Source of the DNA: Aureliella sp.
GTDB lineage: Bacteria; Planctomycetota; Planctomycetia; Pirellulales; Pirellulaceae
Direction: 5' to 3'
Assembly: GCA_963691875.1 (NCBI GenBank)
Contig: OY829846.1
Location: forward strand, 3,296,001 to 3,360,000
Length of the DNA stretch: 64,000 nucleotides
Under the pieces are notes generated by a model. It did no database searches and was not told where the DNA came from. It was given only the letters and a program-made list of their open reading frames with translations. The position numbers and the translations under genes are program-made. Of this stretch, positions 28,341-37,046 are shown in pieces; position 1 is the stretch's first letter, and each line of letters opens with the position of its first letter.

Positions 28341-29480
28341 TTGAAAAGGAATCATCCTCGCAGCGCTTTCACACTCATCGAATTGCTCGTTGTGATTGCC
28401 GTTATCGGAATTCTCATTGGCTTACTTTTGCCAGCGATCAATCTCGCTCGCAATGCAGCTCGTAGCGCTCAGTGTCAAAACAACCTACGTCAAATGGGAA
28501 TAGGATTCGCAAGCTATTCCACGACTAACGGCGGACGGCTTTGCTCAGGCAATTTTGACTGGGCAGAAGATGGTGCGATCACTGATGTTGGCTGGGTTGC
28601 TGATTTAGTCAACGAAGGCGTCAACGTAGGCGAGATGCGATGCCCATCCAATTTTACTCAGGTCTCACGAGCGATTGAGCAGGCATTAAGCCTAGACGTT
28701 AGTTCTCCCTCCGCATGCATTAGTTACCCCGGAAAAGCAGCACTCAAACAGCCAGATGGGACGTTGTTTTCTGGGCCATGCCGAACGATTTTCGAGAACG
28801 CTGCCGCTTTCTCCCCTGGTAGCGAGCCTAGGCGAGAGCTTGTAGAGCAGGAAATCATCCTGCAGAGCTATAACACGAACTATGGAGCAAGCTGGTATCT
28901 GACCCGTGGCGATGTTGTACTCGATAACGGTACGGGGAATCCGAAACCTAAGAATCCTGCATGTGGTGATAGTATTTTCAGTCGCAACACCACGGTGGGT
29001 CCGTTGCGGCAAAAAGACATCGATGGCTCTCGGCTTGCCAGTTCGGCAATCCCACTCCTCGGGGACATTAAGCCTTTCGACGGCTCGACCCTCTCGATGC
29101 AGCTTGGAGACTTGGAGTCTGGTGAGTTGCTAGCCAACAACATCTTCGGAGCTCCAGCCGCGTTTGATGTCAGTGGTGCAATCACTGTGAATCCGAAGCC
29201 TGGTGCTTCCGGAAAGAATGGCCCTGCCGGCTGGTGGGCGTTTTGGAACAAGCAGGCGCTTTGCGATTACCGTGCCTTATCCCCCGTGCACAGCAATACT
29301 TGTAACGTCCTGATGGCCGATGGTTCGGTCGCTGGACTATCTGATGCAAACAGAGATGGCTTTATCAACAACGGCTTCCCTCATGGTCCCTCAAGCGAAT
29401 TTTTTTCCGACGGTGAGCAAGAGGTTCCGCCCGCTCGACTCATAAGTATCTACAGTCTCAGGTCAGGTCGAAAGAACTGA
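28341..29480 (+). CDS. Type IV prepilin-like DUF1559-family protein
   Basis: [27 protein letters not shown]-methylation motif, [14 protein letters not shown], and H-X9-DG ([12 protein letters not shown]). Confidence 0.9.
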   Translation: MKRNHPRSAFTLIELLVVIAVIGILIGLLLPAINLARNAARSAQCQNNLRQMGIGFASYSTTNGGRLCSGNFDWAEDGAITDVGWVADLVNEGVNVGEMRCPSNFTQVSRAIEQALSLDVSSPSACISYPGKAALKQPDGTLFSGPCRTIFENAAAFSPGSEPRRELVEQEIILQSYNTNYGASWYLTRGDVVLDNGTGNPKPKNPACGDSIFSRNTTVGPLRQKDIDGSRLASSAIPLLGDIKPFDGSTLSMQLGDLESGELLANNIFGAPAAFDVSGAITVNPKPGASGKNGPAGWWAFWNKQALCDYRALSPVHSNTCNVLMADGSVAGLSDANRDGFINNGFPHGPSSEFFSDGEQEVPPARLISIYSLRSGRKN

Positions 29481-29716
29481 CTGAAAGGAGGAATCCCCGG
29501 CAAGTCCTTAGTAAAGATCTCAACTTGATCTAACCAGATCTCAAGCCACGCCCGCGTTGTCACGCACTTTGAGTAGGTCATCATTTGCTACTCAAAACAA
29601 GCAAGAAAAAAAGCAGGTCGCAGCTTCGCCCTCGAAAAGGTTCAGCCACGACCCACTCATAACCAACTTTATTTTAAGCAAATTTGCTTAAAACACGAAA
29701 CTGGAGATTTTCAACA

Positions 29717-31009
29717 ATGAAACGTCGTAATGCTTTTACGATTATCGAACTCTTGGTCGTGATCGGCATCATCGCCATCCTAGCCGCTATGCTTTTGCCA
29801 GCTGTTAACCGTGCTCGCGAAAGTGCTCGTAAGGCCTCCTGCCAAAACAACCTGCGTAACATCGGCCTTGGCCTCAACATGTTCGCGGATGTAGACAGCC
29901 AAGCGCGCCTTTGCTCTGGTGCTTCTGACTTCCGTCGTGACGGTTGCATGGACAGCGTCGGATGGGTTGCGGACGTTGTAAACATGAACGCCGGTAACGT
30001 GAATGAAATGATGTGCCCATCGAACCCGCTTCGTGGTTCTGAGAAGCTCAATGACCTTTACGGTAAAGGCACAAGCAATACCAAGGAAGGCACCACCGTT
30101 GCTGACCTTTCCAAGGGTATCTGCGGTGCAGGTATTTTCTCTGGCATCGCTGGTGGTGCTGGTAGCGGCGAATTTGGCGACACTGCAGTGAACACTGCTT
30201 TGCGTGCAAATATTATCGCTCGTGCCTTCATCGAGAAGGGCTACAACACCAACTACGCTGCTGGTTGGCACCTTGTCCGTGGTGGCATCAAGATGTACGA
30301 CGACGGTGGATCCCCTCGGGCTTACCGCACCGGAACCCTCGCTGGTGACCCTAACTGGGCTCCCAAGGGACGAGGCAGCACACTAGGACCAATCAAGCGC
30401 CGCATCCTGGAAACAGGTACTGTTCCTGCTTCCAACATCGCAATTCTTGGTGACGCTGCTCCTGGCGATATCAAGGATGCTGCTTTGGAAGCCACCTTGG
30501 CGTACTTCGAGACTGACCCATGGGGTGTTGCTGCTAACGATGGCCAAAACCGCACCTTCATCGAAGCCGGTGACCTTCTTAGCGAAGCCTTCAATGACGG
30601 TCCTTCGTACTACAACACTGGAGATCAGAAGATTCGTACGATCCCTGTCGACATCGACATGACCACACAGATCAACTGCGAGCGAAACGGCAACTGTGTA
30701 ACTCCAACGTACGCTGATGCAACTTCTGCTGTCACGTTCTTGCAAGACACTCGTGACTGGTTTGCCGTTCACGGCGGTGGATCTGGCGGAACCTGTAACA
30801 TCTTGTTCGCTGACGGTTCGGTTCGTGAATTCTACGACGAAAACCGAGACAAGTTCCTGAACCCAGGATTCCAGATTCCTAAGAGCTTGACGGAAGCTGA
30901 GTACAACCAACTTGGATACCGAGATGGAACTGTCGAGCTACCTCGCGGCGAAGTCTTCAACGGTCTGTTCTTGAACAGCGCTCAAACTAAGAACTCGAAC
31001 TTCGAATAA
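29717..31009 (+). CDS. Type IV prepilin-like DUF1559-family protein, candidate major pilin
   Basis: [50 protein letters not shown] upstream; codon usage skewed to GCT/CGT/GGT/AAC/TTC/TAC. Confidence 0.9.
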   Translation: MKRRNAFTIIELLVVIGIIAILAAMLLPAVNRARESARKASCQNNLRNIGLGLNMFADVDSQARLCSGASDFRRDGCMDSVGWVADVVNMNAGNVNEMMCPSNPLRGSEKLNDLYGKGTSNTKEGTTVADLSKGICGAGIFSGIAGGAGSGEFGDTAVNTALRANIIARAFIEKGYNTNYAAGWHLVRGGIKMYDDGGSPRAYRTGTLAGDPNWAPKGRGSTLGPIKRRILETGTVPASNIAILGDAAPGDIKDAALEATLAYFETDPWGVAANDGQNRTFIEAGDLLSEAFNDGPSYYNTGDQKIRTIPVDIDMTTQINCERNGNCVTPTYADATSAVTFLQDTRDWFAVHGGGSGGTCNILFADGSVREFYDENRDKFLNPGFQIPKSLTEAEYNQLGYRDGTVELPRGEVFNGLFLNSAQTKNSNFE

Positions 31010-31044
31010 ACCAAGTTTAGTTTGAGAGCCAACTGAATCGAATT

Positions 31045-31086
31045 GCAATGGGCAGGGCGATCTAAACGCCCTGTCTTATTGCTTTT
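31045..31086 (+). terminator. Intrinsic terminator after the second prepilin gene
   Basis: Stem GCAATGGGCAGGGCG / CGCCCTGTCTTATTGC followed by TTTT. Confidence 0.75.
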
Positions 31087-31186
31087 CGAGAAGACGCTTC
31101 GCCAAGGAAGACCACCGAAAGCCGGTGCTGCTATTCCCAAGTTCAGCGGCGACTTTTGTTAGTTTTCTAAGAGCCTAAGAGTAACA

Positions 31187-32539
31187 ATGAAAGTATTCCT
31201 TCAAATACTGGCTGCGATGTTGGTTGGAGGCACCGTCGTTGGCATTATTGCGGCAAATGCGTCGACTCGCCCTTATGTACCCGCGGGACAATTAGAAGCA
31301 GTCGAAGCACATCAAGCAAAGATTCGGCAAGCCTATGCCGAAAGACAGACGCCAGATCACAAACGGCCAATCGCCACTTGTAAAAAAATCGAGCATCATT
31401 TTGGCGTGATGGATCCACTGACGGTTGGACAGTACACGTTCTACATCCAGAACACCGGCAGTGCGATTCTAACGCTCAAAGGTGGCGGAAGTAGTTGCAA
31501 GTGCACGCTGTCAGATCTGAAGGATGCCGTTGTAGCTCCGGGCGAAACCTTCCCAATCCAATTGACATGGAACAGCGGTCACTCTCGTACCGAATTTGAG
31601 CAACTTGCAACCGTCATTACCAATGACGATTTGAACGAAGAAATTCAACTTGTTGTTCGTGGCGAAGTACGATCAGTACTATCTACTTATCCGAAGTCTA
31701 TCCAGCTGGGACGTCTGAGCCCTGAAGCGCAATCCAGCAAGCATTTCACGCTCTACTCGCAAGTCTGGAAAGATATGGAGATCGTTGATATCGAGTCTTC
31801 TGATCCGCACTTTTCAATACGCCAACTAGAGCGTGGATTCGACGGTTCCGTAGCCGTGGATGATGAAATCCTCAAGTCGTCGGTGAAGAAAACGTTCGCG
31901 GTCGATTTTGATGGCGAGTCGCCACGTGGAGAGGTGGGAGGGCGCATTCGTGTGCGTGTTCGCCCACCTGCCGAGTGGATCGAATCGAACCGGTCTGCCC
32001 AACAAGCTCGAGATGTCCAAGATGCTGCGTCTAAAAGACTTCCAGGAACTGACGACGTAGTCACCGGTGCAGGAAACTCATCTGACGATGTGGTAAAGCC
32101 GCCTTCTTACAGTTTCCCAATGGAGGATGATGGGACCGTTGTAATCGAGCTTGCCTTCTCTGGCCGAGTCGTGCGTCGAGTTAGTTTGTACGGACCACAG
32201 ATTGGTGCCGACGGCGTTGTGAATCTAGGAAAGCTTGACCACACGAAGACTAATGGAAAGGCGTGGAACATTCTGGGCCGAATCCGCGGCGAAAGACAGC
32301 TTGAAAGCATCGAGGTTGAAATACAAGGGATTCCCGGACTTCAGGCATCTACCAGCAGAATCGAATCAGAGAAAGTCGAAACAAGCTTTAAGATTCGGCT
32401 TGAGCTAAAGGAGAAACTGGAACCCGCAATCTACAACCGCGAACAAGCGGGCAGAATGATTCTAAGGACCCCGGGGATGCCAGAGGGAGACGACGTCCTT
32501 GAACTGCCAGTCCATCTTGTGATCAACGAAAAAAACTAG
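31187..32539 (+). CDS. DUF1573 (Ig-like) domain exported protein
   Basis: N-terminal hydrophobic segment; HHFGVM..FYIQNTG..L.L..SSCKCT..VAPGE..I.LTW..TVITND pattern of DUF1573. Confidence 0.8.
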   Translation: MKVFLQILAAMLVGGTVVGIIAANASTRPYVPAGQLEAVEAHQAKIRQAYAERQTPDHKRPIATCKKIEHHFGVMDPLTVGQYTFYIQNTGSAILTLKGGGSSCKCTLSDLKDAVVAPGETFPIQLTWNSGHSRTEFEQLATVITNDDLNEEIQLVVRGEVRSVLSTYPKSIQLGRLSPEAQSSKHFTLYSQVWKDMEIVDIESSDPHFSIRQLERGFDGSVAVDDEILKSSVKKTFAVDFDGESPRGEVGGRIRVRVRPPAEWIESNRSAQQARDVQDAASKRLPGTDDVVTGAGNSSDDVVKPPSYSFPMEDDGTVVIELAFSGRVVRRVSLYGPQIGADGVVNLGKLDHTKTNGKAWNILGRIRGERQLESIEVEIQGIPGLQASTSRIESEKVETSFKIRLELKEKLEPAIYNREQAGRMILRTPGMPEGDDVLELPVHLVINEKN

Positions 32540-32568
32540 TCACATCCAACGTCTTCCGAGCTTAAACA

Positions 32569-34683
32569 ATGTCTTCTGGTACAGATAGAAGCACCAATAC
32601 ATGCGGTAGCTGTGGTGCTATCAATCAGACCGGTGATCGCTTCTGTTCGGGCTGTGGCCAATCGCTGTGGGAAAAATGCCCTAACTGCGGCGAACAGACT
32701 CCCATTGGTCGCAACTTTTGCAACAGTTGCGGACATAACCTCAAGGAAGCAGCGGATACGAGAATTGCCGCGCAGTTGGAGCAGTTGGAACGCGCGAAAA
32801 GCCTGATGGAAGAAGGAAAGCACTCATTCGCACTGCGTATTCTTGAGCCTCTATGCGAAGCATCGGACTATCGGTACAAGGCGAATGCGGAGGCCGCCCG
32901 GACGCTGTTGGCTGATTGCACTCGTGATCTAAACGAGTGGCAGGAGAAGTTGGATGCAATCCCTGCTCGTGCTACACGTTACGTAGGCGAGCATCGCTAT
33001 CAAGAGGCGGTGGAGCTGATAACGCCTATTCCGGCTGGCGTGCGGACCGGGGAGTTGAAAGAGTTGCTGCAGGAAGCCGAGGCCAAAGCGGCGACCGGAA
33101 GCAAAGCAAGACGCAACCTAAAAGTGACTTTGGCCGAGAAGGATTGGCAAGGAGCACTTTACGAACTCTCAACGCTCCGCGATTTATTCCCCAAGAAAGA
33201 AAAGTACCAGGAACTGACGACGCAGGTTGCTGACAAAATTCTTCGGAACGCAGAAAAACTCTCCGCCAAGAGAGGGTACGCGGAAGCACTTGAGATGCTG
33301 GGCTCTATTCCAGCTGAGTATGAAAGCGGCAAAGCCGAGTCTCTGCGCCGTACACTCCAAGACATCGTCTATCTACGCAAGCTGGTCGCGAGCTCTCCAC
33401 TTTGTTCTTCCGTTATTGGAGCGGCAATCGACAAGATTCAGAAGCTGACGCCAGAGGACCCGCGAGTAGAAAAGTTGCAGTCCAAGTACAAGCAGCAGCG
33501 CGCCGCGAAGCCGAGTAAAGACTTTCATTTCCTCACCCGTTGGATGAAAGTCCGTGAAGGCGTCTTTCCCGAGTCGATCGTTCCCTCGTACTTGCCTACA
33601 TCGATCCCGGGCTCGCGTCCAGCTGTGCTCACCAAAGCGGGTGGATTGTTTTGGACTGCATTCGGATTGGCTCTTCAGGGGATTGGAGAAGGGACAGAGA
33701 CAGCAAGCCTGACACGCCAGAACAAGAAAAGCTTCTTTGGCCTAGGAGGTAAGAAGAAGCCGGGAGCGGCGCAGGCTTGGGGCATCGACATTGGCGAACA
33801 CAGCATCAAGTTACTGCGTCTCCGAAAGGGAGATGCGGACGTCCAAATCGAAGAAGCTCGCCTCATTCCGATCGCCGAGTCGAAAAGTAGTGAGTCCAGC
33901 GCACCTACTGCTGCGACGATATTCAAAGCGCTCGATACAGCCGTGGCAGATTCAGCCCTGGGTGACGTGCCCGTTGTCTGCAACGTAGCAAACCGTGAGC
34001 TTCTTGCCAGATACATTGCCTTGCCATCGGACAAGCCAGCTCAGCACTCGACGTTTGTGCAGCAAGAAGCTCAGGCAAACATCCCCATCGCCCTCGATAT
34101 GTTGGACACCTGCTACTACACGTTCGACAAGCAGCACGAAAGCAGCATGTCACAGTCGGCTATGGTTCTTGCATTGAGGAAGACAGACGTAGAGTCGCGG
34201 CAGTCGGCCCTCAAGCAACTCAACCTAAATGGTGTAGCAATCGTGCCGGAACCGATCGCGAATTACAACACATTGCGGCACTTGAAAATGCTAGGGGAAG
34301 CCACGCCAGGGACGAGTGAGGCGGTTCTGATGATCGACATCGGACACTTGCGAACCAACATACAGTTCTTCTCCCACAGTGGCAGTTGGTACCGAACGAT
34401 TGACTGGGGAATCGACTCCATCACGAGTGCATTGGCGTCCGGGCTCAAGTTAACACATGCAGATGCAGATGCACTTCGGCGTAATATCATGCGAACACCA
34501 TCGGTATCCGAAGCTATGACCATTCTTCGCGATGCCTGTACCGTGCCAAAACGTGAATTGGACCGTTCGATCCGAGCTGCTGGAGAGCATATGCGTGACC
34601 TCAAAGTTGTGCAGTGCATTTTGACCGGTGGTGGAGCTTATCAACCATTCCTCGGCAGCTTTATCAATAACGAAAACCTATAG
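32569..34683 (+). CDS. Double zinc ribbon + helical repeat + PilM-like actin-fold fusion
   Basis: Four CxxC pairs at the N-terminus; AWGIDIGEHSIK, MIDIGHLRT and ILTGGGA actin/PilM motifs; QEAQANIPI resembles the PilM EAxxxIP motif. Confidence 0.75.
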   Translation: MSSGTDRSTNTCGSCGAINQTGDRFCSGCGQSLWEKCPNCGEQTPIGRNFCNSCGHNLKEAADTRIAAQLEQLERAKSLMEEGKHSFALRILEPLCEASDYRYKANAEAARTLLADCTRDLNEWQEKLDAIPARATRYVGEHRYQEAVELITPIPAGVRTGELKELLQEAEAKAATGSKARRNLKVTLAEKDWQGALYELSTLRDLFPKKEKYQELTTQVADKILRNAEKLSAKRGYAEALEMLGSIPAEYESGKAESLRRTLQDIVYLRKLVASSPLCSSVIGAAIDKIQKLTPEDPRVEKLQSKYKQQRAAKPSKDFHFLTRWMKVREGVFPESIVPSYLPTSIPGSRPAVLTKAGGLFWTAFGLALQGIGEGTETASLTRQNKKSFFGLGGKKKPGAAQAWGIDIGEHSIKLLRLRKGDADVQIEEARLIPIAESKSSESSAPTAATIFKALDTAVADSALGDVPVVCNVANRELLARYIALPSDKPAQHSTFVQQEAQANIPIALDMLDTCYYTFDKQHESSMSQSAMVLALRKTDVESRQSALKQLNLNGVAIVPEPIANYNTLRHLKMLGEATPGTSEAVLMIDIGHLRTNIQFFSHSGSWYRTIDWGIDSITSALASGLKLTHADADALRRNIMRTPSVSEAMTILRDACTVPKRELDRSIRAAGEHMRDLKVVQCILTGGGAYQPFLGSFINNENL

Positions 34684-34729
34684 ACTGGTCATAAGGATTC
34701 GCATCGTGGCTAAGACTGGCTCACTGTTC

Positions 34730-36940
34730 ATGATTTTCTTCTCAAAGCCAACTACAGCGTTCTCCCTTTTGCTGTCGGTTGTACTATTCGCATTGGCAGG
34801 ATGCGGTGGCTCAGGCTCGGTCTCGATGGCAGAACTCCGTGCTGCAGCCAGCACGAATATGGGCGAAGATGACGATGAAGACGAGGATGACGGCAGCAAA
34901 AAGCCATTGACTGCGCAGCCTGCCGCAGAACGCACACGTCCGGGGCAACGCCCTACGACACCTCCCGAAACACCCGCTGCGAAGACCGAAGAAAAGCCAG
35001 AGGATGAGGGACCTGTCGCTCCGCCACCAGTTGCCCCCAAAGCCAACTCAGATGCCGCAGACGCGATCTCCGGAATCCTGCCGATTGCTCAACGCAAACC
35101 AACCGAAGCGTGGTCTCTGGAAAGGAGACGCAAGCGAAGCATTGATAACATGAAACGCATCAACCACGCCATCTACAAGTGGCTAGACGATAAATCCCAA
35201 GTGCCGCAAAGCGTCATTGTAGACGCGACACGTCAGAAAGGGCTTTCTTGGCGAGTCGCTATTCTGCCCCTGCTTGGATACGAAGAATTGTACAAGAAGT
35301 TCAATCTAAAAGAGCCTTGGGATAGCCCCACCAACGAAGCACTACTCAAATACATACCACCCGAGTTCGTCAGTCCAGAGCACTTTGATGAAAATACAAA
35401 CTATCAAATGTTCGTCAACGGTACGGCATTGTTCTCGGAGAAAGAACGCAAGGACAAATCAGACATCAGCGACGGCAAATATGTTGTGGTGATGGGTGAA
35501 ATTGACCGCAAGTTTGCTGTACCTTGGACCTCACCTTACGACTATGACGTCTCCGAAGAGCCACTTACCCGTGGCCTTGGAAACGAGAGGCAAGATGGAG
35601 CGTTTGTCGGTTGGTTGACGGGACGACCAAGTCTTTGGCCGAACCCGATCAATGTGACTGAGCTGAAGAAAGCACTGACCTTCGAAGCGGGTGATCGCTT
35701 CAATATTGCTCAATACACGGCCTACCCCCCCTCGCTTCCGGGCGGAGACGGTCGGCCAAATATTAGCGGAGGAGGGACGGTCGCCAGCCTCGGCGATCCA
35801 ACTGGACCGACACGCAGCATTCCGCTCACAGACAACCCCGTTCAACGCAACCCTCCCCCGGTGCAAATTGGTACTAAAAACGCAAACATTTCTCGTGTGC
35901 CAATGCCAGCCCGGGAAGAAATTATTGCTGCGGAGGCAAAAATGCGTGCAACCTACGAGGACACTTTCAAGGCTGCTCGCACCAAAATTGAACTGGCCAA
36001 GTTGGCGAAAACCATCCACAGCCAACTCTTGACCTCCCGAACTCGTGTAGCTGGGACGAGCTCCACGAGTGATCCCGATGACTCAGATGATGGCAACTCC
36101 GGAGCCGGTGGTGTCAGTGTGGGAGTCTCGAATTTGCCACCCGCTGAACTTTTTGTCGGGCTACGTTCGGCATTTCGCCTTGCGATTCGAGGTGCAGATG
36201 CGAATCTCTCGCTACAACTACTGAACGAGCTTGAGAATCGCTTCGTTCTTGATCTGGACGAATACGAAAGCGAAATGTTCGATGGATTGCTCGGGAAAAA
36301 GGGCTCGTTACGACTTGAACTAAACAAAGCGTCGGTGCTTATCCCGATTCTCGAAAATTTGGTTCTCCAAAATATCGTTGAAGATGACTACCGCCGAGCA
36401 GACAAAAATCTAGGTTATGGCCTAGCCGCAGTCCGGCACATGAACGATCGCGAGACGAACTACAAGTGGAAGGTCATGCGAGAAAGAGTGGAGGAGGGCA
36501 AAAAGCGCTTCCCACGTGTTGCGAAGCATATTAGTACACTCGAGTCCGATCCAGAGAACCCCGAAGCCAACCTAGCGGTTGGCTGGTATTTCTGCATCGT
36601 GAAGGAAAACTGGGCGAAGGGAGCTTCGATGCTTGCCAAGTCCAAGGATCGTGAACTTCGAGCCTTAGCGTTGCTGGAGATCCAGCAAGATGCGAATTTC
36701 GGGCGTCACGTAACCTTGGGCGATGGCTGGTGGGATTATGGTCAAAAACAAAAGGACGAAACGCTTGTATTCGAAGCGACCATGAAACGAGCACGATTCT
36801 GGTATCTTTCCGCCTCGGAAAACCTTCCAGATGGACTGGATCGTATTCGAGCCAACAATCGGCTCGACAACATTGACCGTATGATCGGACGCTCGGCGAA
36901 TCCTCAAGACCAGGCAATTCGCGGTTCTAGGACCTTCTAG
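34730..36940 (+). CDS. Lipoprotein with a DUF1559-type domain and C-terminal helical domain
   Basis: Lipobox LAGC; LSWRVAILPLL..LYKKFNLKEPWDSPTN is the DUF1559 core motif; no prepilin leader. Confidence 0.75.
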   Translation: MIFFSKPTTAFSLLLSVVLFALAGCGGSGSVSMAELRAAASTNMGEDDDEDEDDGSKKPLTAQPAAERTRPGQRPTTPPETPAAKTEEKPEDEGPVAPPPVAPKANSDAADAISGILPIAQRKPTEAWSLERRRKRSIDNMKRINHAIYKWLDDKSQVPQSVIVDATRQKGLSWRVAILPLLGYEELYKKFNLKEPWDSPTNEALLKYIPPEFVSPEHFDENTNYQMFVNGTALFSEKERKDKSDISDGKYVVVMGEIDRKFAVPWTSPYDYDVSEEPLTRGLGNERQDGAFVGWLTGRPSLWPNPINVTELKKALTFEAGDRFNIAQYTAYPPSLPGGDGRPNISGGGTVASLGDPTGPTRSIPLTDNPVQRNPPPVQIGTKNANISRVPMPAREEIIAAEAKMRATYEDTFKAARTKIELAKLAKTIHSQLLTSRTRVAGTSSTSDPDDSDDGNSGAGGVSVGVSNLPPAELFVGLRSAFRLAIRGADANLSLQLLNELENRFVLDLDEYESEMFDGLLGKKGSLRLELNKASVLIPILENLVLQNIVEDDYRRADKNLGYGLAAVRHMNDRETNYKWKVMRERVEEGKKRFPRVAKHISTLESDPENPEANLAVGWYFCIVKENWAKGASMLAKSKDRELRALALLEIQQDANFGRHVTLGDGWWDYGQKQKDETLVFEATMKRARFWYLSASENLPDGLDRIRANNRLDNIDRMIGRSANPQDQAIRGSRTF

Positions 36941-37046
36941 TTCTTCCAGTTGTGTTTGTACCCCAAACTGCTTGCCGTTCTAAAGAGTCAGAAAACTGAA
37001 TAAGAGGCGAAAATCAGAGTCTTCTGCGGCCGCCCTCGAGTCGCAA

